Assembly: GCA_036172245.1 (NCBI GenBank)
Contig: JAYWIR010000010.1
Location: 124,001-188,000 of the forward strand
Length of the DNA stretch: 64,000 nt
Source: Raillietiella orientalis
Taxonomy: Eukaryota
Reading direction: 5' to 3'
Shown: positions 48,801 through 61,425 of the stretch, one piece after another
Layout of the letters: the number at the start of each line of letters is the position of its first letter
Position numbering within the stretch: the first letter of the stretch is position 1
Program-made: the position numbers and the translations under genes
Notes under the pieces: generated by a model
Told to the model about the DNA's origin: nothing
Databases searched by the model: none
Seen by the model: the letters and a program-made list of their open reading frames with translations, nothing else

Positions 48801-51553
48801 GTCGGCAGTCGCGCTGGCACACGGGCGAAGCCGCAATCAGAAGCCGAAGACGCAGAGTTCGCAGAGTTCCGGAAAACAGTTCAGGACTTCTGGCTTGGAC
48901 AGAGGAGGCAGGTGGTAGCGGAGTGATTTTTTGTGGATCACGAGCTCCCGTGTGCTGAAGTAGGATTGAAGGAAGAGGATGCTTGGTACGTTTAAGAGCG
49001 AGAGAGCTAGAACATGGTCCCCAGGTACGTCGATTTGCATTGCTTGTCGCTATTTCAGGTTGATCTGTACACGGTGATGGCCATCTTGAAAATTACTGTT
49101 GTGCACTCTGTGAGTCTTATATGGTGCTCACCATTTTTTACGTCCACTACGTTCCTTTTGCCTTCTACACCTGATTGGATGGGGTGATTGACTGCAAGTT
49201 TCTTGTAACTTAAAGGTGGAACTAATGTAGTCATTAATATTGAGCACTAGTACTATTCCCGTTGTTTGTTTCATCCGTTTCATCACTTGGCAACAGCACT
49301 TCTTTGTCAGTAAATTTTATAGATTACATCTCCATTCCAGGCAGCGGTTTTTGTTGATTGATTAGCATCGGTTCCTTCAGGAAACGATGCACCGTCTTGA
49401 GAGATCCGTTTCAAGAGAACGGAAATCGCTCGCTCTTTCTGCAGCGACTCCTTGAAAGTGCGACCTGCAGACATTGCCTGCTCCAGATGTCGTGGAATTT
49501 GATGCTTCGCCGTGCTCCCCCTTGGATCTTTCGAGCTCCCCAAGAGAAATCTCAGGGACAGCACAGCCAAACCGCTGGTTCCCCATGCAGCAGGCATGGT
49601 TGCCGCGCAGTCGTTGCGTATTTCATCCAGAGAACGGCCAACAGCACGCTCCGCTGCAGCATCTGCGTTGCCATGGTGGCAGGGTATATGGCGCGGGAGA
49701 AGTCATCAGAGACACGGAGCGTCTTATTTCTTGTGGCTACGCAATTCCGGACGCAATCACTGCAATCTGAAGCAAAATTTATTCTTCTGTTGCTCAGTAT
49801 GTCGTAGCAGCGAGCATAGGAGGAACTGTTGGCGCTTTCGTTTTACTATACTCGTTTTTTGCCGTATCTTTCAAAGCAGTGGAATCTGGACTTGAGAGAA
49901 AGAAAGGAAAACACGGGGTGAGATTGAACGGGCTGCATATACTATGGACCGTGGATCCGTTTCCACCTGTCTGGATGCCCGTGTTCTTCTCATAGAGAAG
50001 AGTACACTGGCCAGGGGTGTTTGCTTGTATTTGTGGGCTCACGGCAGACCACTTGAAAACTAATATCGACTAGGATACGCGAACTTGTAAATAGGTGGGC
50101 ACGAAAGAGAAGCTGCCCAGTAACTGGCTCCACGTTTCCGGTAATCCTATTTAGGCTTTGGTTGCGAGAATTAAAAAAGGGAGAGAGAGATGTTTCCAGC
50201 AGTTGGTTGGTTTAGCGTGGCCTGATGTTTGCCTATGGGCTATAGGCAAACAAAAGGAGCCGCTGTGACCGCCAAAACCTTTGTGCTTTCTTCATTTAAA
50301 AATTCGTGCCTGCCTCACGTTGTTCTGACCGTGCATTCAAGTATGTGCCTATTTAAACACCTGCAGGTTTCGTTGCAAGCTGATCTCCGATGACACCAAC
50401 TGCCAGCAATTTTATTGACCTTTATGGTCTGATATTAGCCAATGGCAGCTCAACAACTGGCTTGTTGATGGGGCTTTGATTCTTTTTTTTTTTCTTTTTT
50501 CATGAAAAGCACACACACAAAAACCGAACATCCGTGCGTAGTAGCCATTTTCATAAGAAATGGATGGCTCTTGGTTGCAAAACCGTGATTTCGCCAGAGA
50601 TGGTAGTAAGTGCGCATTCTGGGGTCATCACAGAGTATTGGTGAAGGAGGAAAATGATGCTTGAATTACGCACTGTCTTCACAGATTCTTCAAGGATATT
50701 GCCGTATGCAGATGAGGGCTTAATGCACATCGATTACGTGAGCCAATGCGATGCACGTGGCAAGAGAGCCACAGGACAGAAGCGGGTAATGGACAGCAGG
50801 ATGAAGTGACGGCCGCGGCTGCAGGGAAACCTGAGCAAGAAAGCTCGGATGCTGCGCGGGGTCCCGCTCGCTCGGATGTTGGCAATTTGTTAAGCCATAG
50901 CAGACTTTGCGGATAAGAACGAGCCTCATATGAGTCCTCATCGCAGGGTGCGGGTTGAGCTGCTGTCGGACCCGTTCCATGCGACGCTGCTGCTACCGTC
51001 CCGCAACACGTGGATTTTCCGTACAGGCTTAGGGACGCTTGGCGAAATAGGCTCAGGGAGAAGGATTCTGCGGGGAGTGCAGGAACCGGAAAACCGCTGC
51101 TTAGGAAAAGTGTACAAGGTCATGATGACCCATTGGAAAGCAGCAGGGGCGAGTGGAGCTCTTGGCTGGGCAAGAAACCTAGAAACAGCAGGGATGGTCA
51201 GGATGGGGAGGGGCGACGCGGTTCTCGTGTACAAGCGGTAGCAGCTGCAGAGATAACGGCCGGGCAGTTACCTCGCGTTGATTATGAAATCGTGCCATCC
51301 GTTATTTCTGCGCTCGCTGCCGTCTCCCCAGTCAGCAGAAAAGAGGGGCGATTGCCCACAGAGAAGAAGACTCACTTTTTTCCCTTGCGTCGTTTTCACT
51401 TTCGGCCACCTTCCGCCCGCCTGGTGCACCTCTGGTTTCAGCTCCTGCAGAAGTTTCAAGCCCCAGTGCGTTCACCCGGCAACGAGTTCGGAATCCCCCC
51501 TCCCGTGTGGCCCAGATTTCTTTCCCTTCCTCACAACATGGAGCTTTGCTTTT

Positions 51554-51921
51554 CATCTGTAACCTCGGTACTCCACGGTGTCGGAACTCGTCAAACTCTG
51601 TACTCGTCGCATTTTGACAAGAAAAAAAAAAAAAAAAAATCTCTCAATACTCGGAGCATGCTCGGAACTCCACACCGCGCTCTTATGATGAAACACGTGA
51701 ACGCTTGCGTCTCGTGGTAGCTCGCGAACAGTGCCGAACACTTCCGTAGAGTGCATCCCGAATCTTTCCCTTTCTTGTGTGTTTTTTATGGATTTTAAGG
51801 GTCTTGAAACGGTTAAGAATGACACCATAAAGCCTAGAAAGAAACTCGTTCGGTACTCGTCGGTTTCGGCACTCGTCACTCGTTCCGCCACGACTTACCG
51901 ACGAGTACCGAGGTACCACTG
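51554..51921. mobile_element. pogo/Tigger-type MITE
   Basis: The right end is the reverse complement of CAGTGGTACCTCGGTACTC (51903-51921), a Tigger/pogo-like TIR; the left end is catctgtaacctcggtactc (51554-51573). Internal ACTCG repeats, no coding capacity. Confidence 0.6.
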
Positions 51922-52009
51922 AAAATCTTCAGGAATCATCGTTAGCGTCGGGATGATGAGGTCTTCCATCTTCGCTGCTTTTTTTTTTTTTTTAGGAGGG
52001 CTTTTTCGT

Positions 52010-52190
52010 CGTGGTTCTCCAAGTACTGAAGAACCGTTCGCCTCCTTAGGGAGAGCTCACGAAACTCTTTAAGCACTGTCCAGCGAGGGTGCGAGTGATT
52101 CCGGGAGGGGATGCACTCTCTATTTCTTGGCGTCGGCCCTTCCCCCGGCGGGATTCAGACCCGCGACCGTCGGTACCGCGCGCGAGGAGG
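52010..52190 (-). mobile_element. tRNA-headed SINE-like repeat, copy D (head joined to tail)
   Basis: 52110-52178 is the reverse complement of 54030-54096; 52010-52085 matches 20360-20440. Confidence 0.65.
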
Positions 52191-53049
52191 TCTCCGGAAT
52201 CTCTCTGCTGCTTGAGGTCGAGTTCGGATCGGGGGACGAAGGAGGACCTCCGTCCCGGTGCTTCGGAGATGCCCCCTGCGGGACGGAAACGCGCACGAGA
52301 GCGGGAAGCGCGTTCCCGTTCGAGAAAGCGGGTGGAACCGCCGACGCACAGGTCGGGAGGTTGCGGCAAAGGACCGAAGCGGGCGGAAGGAGGGAGACAA
52401 CAAACAATAAACAAAATATGGGGAGGGGAGGACGGCGGCATCGGTTCGCTGTTGCGCTGCCCCCTGATCCTTGGCGCCAAGAACGCAGATGAGAAGCGGT
52501 GGGGGCGTCTCCTCAGCAGTTTTCCTCTGCAGCGGTCCTCTGCGGGCGGAGGACCGCTGGAAGGAGCAGCGCGGATGGCGGTGGGACTGCGAGGAGCGCA
52601 GGTCGCACAGCGATCGCGACGCGCCGCAGGCGCTGCGCAACCTCCGAGGGCGCTCGTTCCGAAGGACGTACGGGGTTCGTCCTGTGGAGTGTGGGGGGGG
52701 AGGTGGTCACGTTTGCCATGAGCGTAACCGGAGGGGTCGGCGAGCGGATTCCTCTGCTGCAGCTGAACTTGGACGAAGGAGCGCGAGAGAGAGCCCAGAG
52801 GACTGTCGTCGCGGAGGACGGGAGTTCCGCCGCAGGCCACCACAGGCGCCGTTGGGAGTTGAGAACCCGCCGCCGCAGGTGAGCGCGAGGACACGGCGCC
52901 CGCTGGCGGAGGTCAGACCTGCATCGGGCGCACGCGGGCCTCAAGATTTCGTGGCGAAAATTCTAAAAAAAGCGGGTCCGCAGAGAGAGAATTGAGATCG
53001 AAAGCCGATCGGGGAAAGTTGCATCTCATCTCGGTAGGGGTGCTGCATC

Positions 53050-53850
53050 TCGTGGAGCACGCGACTGGGGCTGTGCACCGGTGCCAGCGCTCCGGGCGAC
53101 AAGTCCCGACCGAGGCTGCCGTCTTGCACAGCAGCCGACCACTTCTAGCGTACCCCTTCCTGGCATGCTTGGGCGACCTCCTCGAGCAGCCAGCCCTGAG
53201 GGCGCCTCCGCTTTCAGCCCTTGTGTGGGTTCACCTTTCCGCGAGGCCTTTTTGCCGCGGATGACCTCTCCGGTACGTGACGTGAAGTAGTTCCCGTTCG
53301 TCTAAATTCTCCGCCTCGAGCGATGAGGTATCGAACCACGCTGGATCGCCCTCTGGGATTGCCTCCGGCCGGCAGGTCGCGCCGCCACCTCTCCCCCTGG
53401 AAACGCTCCACTACACCCTGTCACTCGGAGGCGTTGCGCGGCACGTGAGTGACGTCACCGAGCGGTGAAGTGCGAGACTCGAAGGGATCTGACCGTCCGC
53501 GTCTGGAGGAATCGATCGACACCGGCTCCTGTCAAAAAGTCTTCTCGACGTCCGTTCCGCCTGCTTGCGCTGGAAGCAGGACGCCAAGGTTTCCCAGCAT
53601 CCTCTCGCTCTCGGATTGCCGGCATCTTTACCAAGAGGAAGAAAGCCAGATCCTTTCCGAATTGCCCCTTCCGAACAGCAAACCCCGACGCATTGTTTCG
53701 TTATGGAACTTGGCACTACTGCTCGACCAATCCCAGGTGCAGCAGGAGGTACTGTTGTGTGGCCACACACGCTTGCCACGCACTTCCGCGTCAGCGCCTC
53801 TGTAGAAGAGCCCAACCTCATCCCCGTAGGCACGCCTCGCCTCCGAAGCA
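53050..53850 (-). mobile_element. Decayed Gypsy-like integrase relic
   Basis: Remnants CVASVC..P..VGVCCSEG (D.VGPLP.SEG), GVLLPAQ, QGVVERFQG (NGxVERF), WRRDLP and LAPVHSP are in integrase order. Confidence 0.4.
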
Positions 53851-53989
53851 AGGTGGTGCCGAGGTTTTGTCGAGTTCGTCTCGAGCAGGCTTCTGACTCT
53901 CACTACGCACCAAGGGAACGGCACGGGGAACGAGAGGCGAGAACTGGACCGATGCGTCACGACCGGGAGCGAAATGTTCTCTGGCGTCG

Positions 53990-55260
53990 GGGGCCGCGTG
54001 GCGGCTGCGGCTGCGGTCTCTGCGCTTCCGGTACCTACGGTCGCGGGCTGAATCCCGCCGGGGAAAGGGCCGGCGCCGAGAAATGGAGGGTGCATCGTTG
54101 GTTCCGACTCCACCTTCTCCTCCTGCAGGACGACGCTAGTCGGCCCATTCGGGGGTGGAGGCGCTGGTGGAAGCCCCCGGAACCAGCCAAAATCGTAAGT
54201 CGACCCTCCAGGGTCCTCCATGAATTAAGGACTCCTTCGGGACTCCCTCCTCCAGTTGGGAAAATGGAGTCATCTCCTCTCCCCTCGGGGGGTTGCCTCT
54301 CCAGGGTGTAAGAAGCGCGCTGTTCCCTTGGGGGTTTCCTTCAGAGGAGAAAACGAGGAACGGATCCTTTCAGGGGGATCCCTCCGGAGAGAATAAGAAT
54401 GAGATTCGTTCCCCTCGGGATCCCCTATCGGATCCTTCCTGAATTCATATGGTGGTTCCCTCCCGGGGTATCCCCTCCCGGAATCACACACACCCTCGGG
54501 TGGCGTGGATGGCACCGCTCCCTACTGCAGGACGACGCTGGTTGGTGCATTTTGGGGCGACACTGGTGGAAGCCGGAAACCCCTGGATGCTCCCGTCCCC
54601 TTTGATCCTCCGGGGCTCTTCCAGGGCATCAAGGAGTCCTTCAGGGTTTCCCTCCAGTCGCGAAAAGGGTTCGAGCCCTCCCTCCTCTCCTGGGAGGGAC
54701 TCTTCATCGCGTACCAAGGAGCTGGTTGTTCCCCCTTCAGGGGGAGGCGCTTCTTCAGAGGGTTAAGAAGCGCCCTGCTCTCTTCAAGGAAACTTGGGAG
54801 GTGTCCCTTCGGGGTGCTCTTCAAAGGAGGAGTACCAACAAGTAGCTGGTCCTTTCCGGGGGTCCCTCAGAAGAGAACAAGGAAGAGGGGCTTTCCTTTC
54901 GGGCTTCTTTTCGGAACTCCCTCCCAAGCTTGAGAGGGGAACGCACTCTCCCCTCCGGAGCCCTTCCTGGATTCATGAGGTGGGGCCCTCTGGAGTCAAC
55001 CCTGCAACTGGAAAGGTCACATTGCACAATAGGGTGGCGTGGACGGCGCCGAAGAGCTTCATGGATGAACGGATCGCCCCTGCTGCCGCGTGTTGGCACT
55101 CTCTTCGGGATTTGCTGGGGAGGAGTCTCCGAGATCTCTGCCTCGCGGGCCGGCCCCTCGGGAGCTTCTGGGGATCCGGGGAGGTTCCGTGAAGCGATCC
55201 CGTCGCTCCCTCCGCGGGAACTGGAAGAGCGGAGTCATCCCGCTGTTTCACCCTCCGGTC
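53990..55260 (+). mobile_element. tRNA-headed SINE-like repeat, copy E (with duplicated body)
   Basis: A-box-like tggcggctgcgg (~53999) and degenerate B-box gggctgaatccc (~54045). Body ctgcaggacgacgct..ggtggaagcc occurs twice (54123, 54525). The 3' boundary is approximate. Confidence 0.6.
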
Positions 55261-57799
55261 CTCCGATCCTCTTTTTAGCCTCGGGCCACCCGACCTTTCC
55301 GGGTTGGGGAGTCACTCGCATGGGGACGGACAGCCCCCGTGGCAGGCGGAGACCCGTCGCCTCCGGCATCCGCCCCCGTGGCTCCCTGCAGCGGCTTGAG
55401 ACGCCCTCCCACGTCCCTCGGGCGCCAAGACGGGCGGCAGCAGAGCTCCTTCGAAGGCGTACGCCGTCATGTGAACAGGGCGCAACCCTTTCCTCCACCT
55501 CTCTCGCCTTCCCTCCTCTCCCTGGCGGCGAGGGCGACCGGTCCCGGGAGGGGATGAAGGGCTGCCTCGCCTCCGATGGGGAGGTCATCAGCAGCAGCCG
55601 CGCTGTCGGGGGTCGCTCTGCCTTTGGGGAATGCGGGGCAGAGCACGCCTCCGGGGTTTCTTTCCCGAGCTCATGCGCGGGCGGGCAGGCGCTCTCGCTC
55701 GAAGGACCGAACGTTTCCGCCGAAGCGCGCACCGCAACAATGGCCCGTACCCGTGGTAACGGCGCCCGAGAGGCGGGGGTCGCCCTGCCTTTGGGGAACG
55801 CGGCGCGGGCGCCTCGGGTGGTGGACGTCGTCAAGCTCCCCCTTTGGTTCCTTCGAAGTCCGGGGCGGGCCGAGAGCTGCTGACGGCTCCGCTCTTCCAT
55901 TGCCGTGGGCGCCACTCCCGAAGCAGAGCCACAGCACGCGCGTGCGTGGAGAGGAGGCAAACGGGCGCGCGCCTCTTCCTGCGCCGCTCCGCCCTGGCCC
56001 GCTTCTCGGACAACCCGTCTCCCCCCCCCCCTCTCGCTTCTTCCAGGTGGAGAAGACGCGGTCCACCTTGGCAACGGAACGCCGCAGCACCGCGGGCGCT
56101 GCCACCTTCGACCTCGCATTCGACGTGCCCGCGACGCCGCCACGTGTCGCCGGCGCCCCCGAGGGAAAACTCGGCGTCAAGTCCGGAAAAGAAAGTCTTC
56201 GCTCTCCGTCTTCCGATAGATCGAGCGTCCAAGAGGCCTCCCGTCCGGCCTTCCCTCGGTTTCCTCACTCGTCCTTCAGGCAGCAAAGAACAAAAATATT
56301 CCGTGCAGGAACGGGAAACGGGAGGAGGAGGAGCACGGCTGCGGCCGGCATCCCCAGTAGCTCCTGCCCTTCCGGCTAGAGGGCGGGCCTTCCTCCTTCA
56401 CCTGGCAACTCGCTAGCCCGGGGTGACCGTTTTTCCACACACACACCGGCGTCCCGGAGAACGTCCCTCCCCGGGGGGCTCGAGCCGAGAAAACGCGACG
56501 AGATCACCCTCTCCTGTCCACAGGGAGAGCCGCAGCGTCCTCCGGCGGACGCGCTCCTGTCGCCAGGAGCGCGCCGATCCTCGGCCGGGCTTTCGGCGAG
56601 GGCGAAACGGATGCGCCTCGTGCCGGACATGCGGAGCCCGGAAGTGGGGCAGGGAAAGGCAGGAAACGCACCGGAGGGAGGGAAGGCCGGAGGAAAACCC
56701 GCGATTTTCCCCCGAAGAAGTGCTGCGAGATGGCGCTGCCGCTCCCGCCGACGCGCGCACCGCGACAATGGCATCCGTATCCGTGGAAACGGCGCTCGGG
56801 AGGCGGTGTGGCGACGCGCGTCGCGGCCCCGCCGCCAGTCGGTTCGAGCGCCGAGCATCCGCTGGCAGCTCGCCAGGTCCCCCTCCCGGTAAGGAGCCTC
56901 GCGCGACCTCGGAGCGCCTCCCAATCGGAGGGCAGCAGCGCCACCGTCTTGCCGCCAAGGTCGGGCGCGCACGCGACTCCTCCAGCAGTCGTCGTGAGCA
57001 CGCGGAAGGTTCTCTGCTCGGCAGCCGTAGCCCCTTCCCCGGAAGCTCCCCCACCCGCAGCGGCGAGGGACCCCCCGCATCGCTCCCCGCCCCACGGATC
57101 GGCTGGGGACGCCGACACCCGCGACGCGCCGAGGAATCCGCAGCCCCGGGCAGACGAGGAGCGCTCAGAGACGAGCCGGAAACGCCCCCGCGTCCGAGGA
57201 GGTACGTGGCTTCCACCGTTTTCCCGCTCAGCGTCCCCCCGCCGCCCCAGCACGTCCGTGAGGGAGGGGAGGGAAAAAACCCTCAAAACGGACTCAGGGT
57301 CCCTCCGCACCCCTGCCGGAGCCGCCGCGACCTCCCCCTCGGCCCGTTTTCCGAGGGCGGGGCCGCGGTCTCTCTGCGGGGACGCCTCCGACGTTCAGGG
57401 GGCCTTCCCCGGGTCCGGGAGAGGGCTCACGTGCTCTCTCTTTCCCTGCCCTGGGCGAGGTTTCTCCGGGAGCAGCCTCCTGCGAGCCCTGTCCCGTCCC
57501 TCGGATTCGTGACCCCGGGAGGCGCTGCACCGCCGCCGCACGGAGGGGTAGCGTGAGCGCGGCGAGGAATTCGCCTCCTGAGGCGGCGGAACCCCCCCCC
57601 CTCCCCCTCTGGGACGGGAGGGGGAAGGAGAGAAACATGACTTTCCCTGTCCCAGCGGGAGCGGGGAGGTTCGCCTCCGGGCAGCTGCGGATTCCTCCCT
57701 GAGGCGCTGCCGTGGGGACGGGACCCGACCCGCCTCGAGTCCGCAGCGTGCCCCAGGTCTGCGCTCCCGCTGCCAGGTAGCCAGGAATCTCCGGTTCCG

Positions 57800-58240
57800 C
57801 CCGCCGGGATGGGTCCCTTCCTTCTCGCTTCAGGACAGTCGCTCCCGGCAGCCTCGGCGCTGCAGCGGGGCGATCCCCACCTCGACCGAGAACATCCGCA
57901 GTGTTCTCGAGGCAAGGACGGCGCTGCCGCCACCGTCGAGTCGACTAGTGTCCGACCGACCCCTTCGACGGAGGGACCACGTGCGGCGCCTGGGGGAAGA
58001 ACTCGGGAGGAGGCGGCGACGGCGCTGGCGTCTTTCTTCGACCGCCTCCCGAGGAGAGACGTGGCCGTCGCCAAAGTGGTCGCCCTTCGGAGCGTCCGAC
58101 CCCATCTCGGCCGAGGGCAGGCGGCGATGCTTGCGCGTAGCCGCCTCCTGAGGGCGGCGGCTTCCTCCGCAGCGGATGTTCGGAGTCTGTCCTCGGGGTT
58201 CACGCGATCTTTAGGCGGTTGCCCCGGGAACGACGGTGGC
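57800..58240 (+). mobile_element. L1/Tx1-like EN-RT linker relic
   Basis: ..ALASFFDRL..L..GGCPGNDG resembles FYxxLY..KSPGPDG, which precedes L1 RT. Confidence 0.35.
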
Positions 58241-59036
58241 AGGTTCTCGATTCAGAAGGAGCAAGAGGAGATGGCCACAGGCAATCCGTTCATCACTGGT
58301 CGAAGAGGGGGCGCGCATGTCATTTGCCCCCTCCCTACCCTCCTTGCCTTCCTTGTCCCGTCCGACAAGGAAATGGGGCAGGCAGTTCGGGAGAGTTCCT
58401 TTCTTCGGCGCCGCGTTCCCGACTGCACGTGCGCGTCTTCCGGGAGCTCCCCGAAGTGAGCGCGCACTTGCGGGATCGCTTCCTTCCATAGGACACCCGT
58501 GGTATCGCTCCAGTCCCCAGATGCCCGCGCCTTGTGCGGCCCCCTCTTCCCCCGGAGAGGGAGGCAGCGTCGAAAAAAGAAACTCCCTGTTGTCCTGGCA
58601 ACCTCTCGAAGACGATGTTTTCGGGGCCGAGACGTGCGCGTGCACAGGCACCTCTGGTGCACCTAGCCGGGGTGGGGAGCTCTCCAGAGGCCTTGGTGGT
58701 GGCCCTTCGGCCCCGGCCTCTCCCCTCCTCTTGAGGACTGCCAGACTCCTCACCAGTCATTGCTCATCCCCTCCTCCCTCCCCGGACCTACTTGAGCGAC
58801 TCTTTTTTCCCCGGGCGGGAAAGACTGGAACCCAGGGAACGCCGGCGGAGCCCACAGGCCGCCATTTCACCCGCAAGCCAGGGTGACCTCCAAGGAAGGG
58901 GTGAGCAGGCAGCAGCCTCCTCCTCTCCCTGCGGCGAATCCCGTAGGCGCCGAATAGAGAGGAGCGGGCATCCGCGCACGTCTTCCCTCCGCTTGCACGC
59001 GACTGAAGCTATGCCTTTCCAGGAGCCGCTCTCGCG

Positions 59037-59551
59037 ATGGTGTCCTCGCTGATCTCCGCTTTGGTCCTGCTGCTGCCGGTGACTTCCGCCGCCAGCGTTT
59101 CGGCGGGAGACGGCGCCAGCCCTCCGGACGCGTCCGGAAGGAGCTGGGAGATGTGGCTGCGCCTCCCCACGGCCACAGTCCCGCACCGTTACGACCTGCT
59201 CATCTTCCCCAACCTCACGGGCGTGACCTTCTCCGGGCGCGTGGCCATCCAAGTCGAGATCCTGGAGGACACGGACAGCATCGTCTTGCACAGCAAGAAG
59301 CTCGACGTGCGGCAGACGCGCGTCCTGAAGAACCACCTTGGCCTGGGCGACGTCACCGGAGGGTCCGCGGAGGACCTGAGGGTCAGGAAGGCCTTTAGCT
59401 ACGAGCCCCACGACTTCTGGGTCGTCCTCCTGGAGGAACTGGCTCCCAAAGGCTCCAACTGCACCCTTTACTTCGAGTTCGAGGGCAGTCTGGACCAGGG
59501 GATACATGGATTTTACAGGAGCAGCTACAGAATGGCCAGCGGGGAAGTCAG
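59037..59551 (+). CDS. M1-family aminopeptidase (glutamyl aminopeptidase/aminopeptidase N-like), first identifiable coding exon
   Basis: Hydrophobic N-terminus, then RLPTATVPHRYDL..FSGRVAI..IVLHS..GFYRSSY; ag|gtaggt donor, phase 2. Confidence 0.93.
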
Positions 59552-60899
59552 GTAGGTGTCGCTCGCCTTCTTCGGGAGTCTTCCGGGAAGGAAAGGAGAG
59601 AGAGGGGGGCATCCTGGGGGCCGGCCGGGCTCTCGGCGCGCCAAACCGCCTCATCGTTTTCCCTTCCGCCAATATTGGAAGATTCGCCACATGGAGAGCC
59701 TGAACCCTGGGTGCCCCTTTGGCCTTTTGCGCCTGAGGCGTCACAGCTCATCGCAAAGGAAGGCCGCCGAGGACCAACAGCGCGCTTCCCCCGAGGGGAG
59801 CACAGACCCCTCCAGGCGCTGGGGACCCTGGAACGCGAGTTCACTGGATCGCCATCCCTGGGTTCTGATGGGAAAAGGGAGGGGGAGGAATAGCTGCAAG
59901 GGATGGACGGGACTCGGTGAGTAGGGCGCCCCGATTTTGCGCTGTGCGCGGATGGAAGAACCCGGGAAGACCTCAGACCGTCGGACGGGGAGGGGCGGCG
60001 AAGAGTTCGTCATCTGGAAGTCGCCTCTTGGCGGGGCGTTCCTGGAAAAGTGAAAGGGAAGGATTGAGCGAGGAGAAAGGGAAGGGGACACGTCAAGAAG
60101 GACTCGTCAGGGCGGAGGTGGGAAAATCACCACGAGGGAGGAGGAGAGTCGGAAGACGGTAGGATTTCGGCCGCAACCGCGTAGTTGTCGCGCAGGAGGA
60201 ACCATTGCGTGCGTTTCCGCGGGTTTCGTTAGCCTTGCCTTGGCCTTTTCACGATCCCGGGACGAACTTTTCATCGTGGTGGTCCCCCCGGGGAGTCTTT
60301 CCTGCTTAATGCCATTCTCTCTGGGAAGGTCTTCGGTTGCTGCTCCGAGACGGAGGCCTTCTTTGTCCACCCTGTCGCAAGTCCTCCTCCTTCGAAGTGC
60401 CGCCTCCATCAGGATTTTTCAGAGCTCCTCCTCCCCGCTTGCTTCAGCGTCCATCCGTTCACCCAGTAGACGGCTCCCCAGGAGATCAGGAGGACTCGTT
60501 CTTCACGGGTGTGGTACATTGCTTCGTGGAGTGATGGTCCAGCGCGCGCGATTCTTTCGAGTGACCCCATTTGTGTAGCATTCGGGGAAACATCTCTTCC
60601 TCCAAATAAGAACTTGCAGTATCATTTGAAAGAATGGTCTTTGGGGGGGACGCCCCCAATACGCGAAGTGACGAACCGCTGGCAGTTGCTGAAAAGCTAC
60701 GGTTCAGAGATCCTCTCTGCCCTGGAAACCCATTAGTCAGAGGGTCCATCATAAATGATCAGAGACGAAAGATAGGCTCAGAGTTGCTCATACTGGCAGG
60801 CGAAGGATGACTGCTTCTCTTCCGAAAGCAGTAAATTAACAGTGAAATGGAGCCGCCAATGAAAATTCAAAAATCTCGAACGAAACGTGACGGTTGAAT

Positions 60900-61130
60900 T
60901 TCCACATCTCTTCTCAATGGGAATAAAGGAAGGCCGAGGATGTGCAAGCCCACCGACGATGAGGAGGAGGCTGCCCGTTGGGTGAAGGCAAAGGGAGGTC
61001 CCTTTGGATATGATCAAAGAAGCGGCTGCACGCTCCAATGTGGCTATGCAAAGAAAACTTGCAGGCCAAAATCTGCAGGAGTCCATCGTGTTCATTTTTG
61101 TGCTTCCACTTGGGGTCCCCAAGGCAGCTC
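60900..61130 (+). mobile_element. CR1/L2-like RT C-terminal relic in an aminopeptidase intron
   Basis: VKA..FG.I.R..HRVHFCASTWGP resembles KAxxxLGxIxR..RPxLEYCxxVWxP. Confidence 0.3.
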
Positions 61131-61280
61131 GCTCCCACCTCGGGTTGTTGAGGTAACGGCTTCGAATCTTCACTTGAAGGGGCGTGGTGGTTTTTCCCAC
61201 CGGCTGCACGTCTCCCAAGGGCTGCTGAGGTCTACAGATCCAAGGGTGCGAAAGGACTGACCTCTTTATTTCTGTTGCAG

Positions 61281-61425
61281 GTATTTAGCAACGACGCAGT
61301 TCGAGCCAACAGATGCCAGAAGAGCCTTTCCGTGTTTTGACGAGCCTCTCTTCAAGGCGAAATTCAAGATCGCAGTGGTTCGCCCTTCCAGAGAATACAC
61401 CGCGCTGTCCAACATGCCCGCCGAG
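61281..61425 (+). CDS. M1 aminopeptidase, next exon
   Basis: tttctgttgcag acceptor; (R)[36 protein letters not shown] donor at 61426, phase 0. Confidence 0.96.

Noticed and set aside
51848..51915. Type III hammerhead-like arrangement on the minus strand
   Set aside because: The core reads GUGACGA instead of CUGANGA, stem II is only 1 bp and stem I is offset. The MITE subterminal repeats explain it better.
52020..52085. CTGAAGA...CGAAAC hammerhead-like spacing (also 6813-6846)
   Set aside because: No stem III/UH pairing, and the homologous SINE copy at 20375-20430 lacks GAAA.
54930..57556. Several overlapping 260-377-aa ORFs
   Set aside because: GC-rich shadow ORFs on both strands with no recognisable motif or splice-consistent structure.
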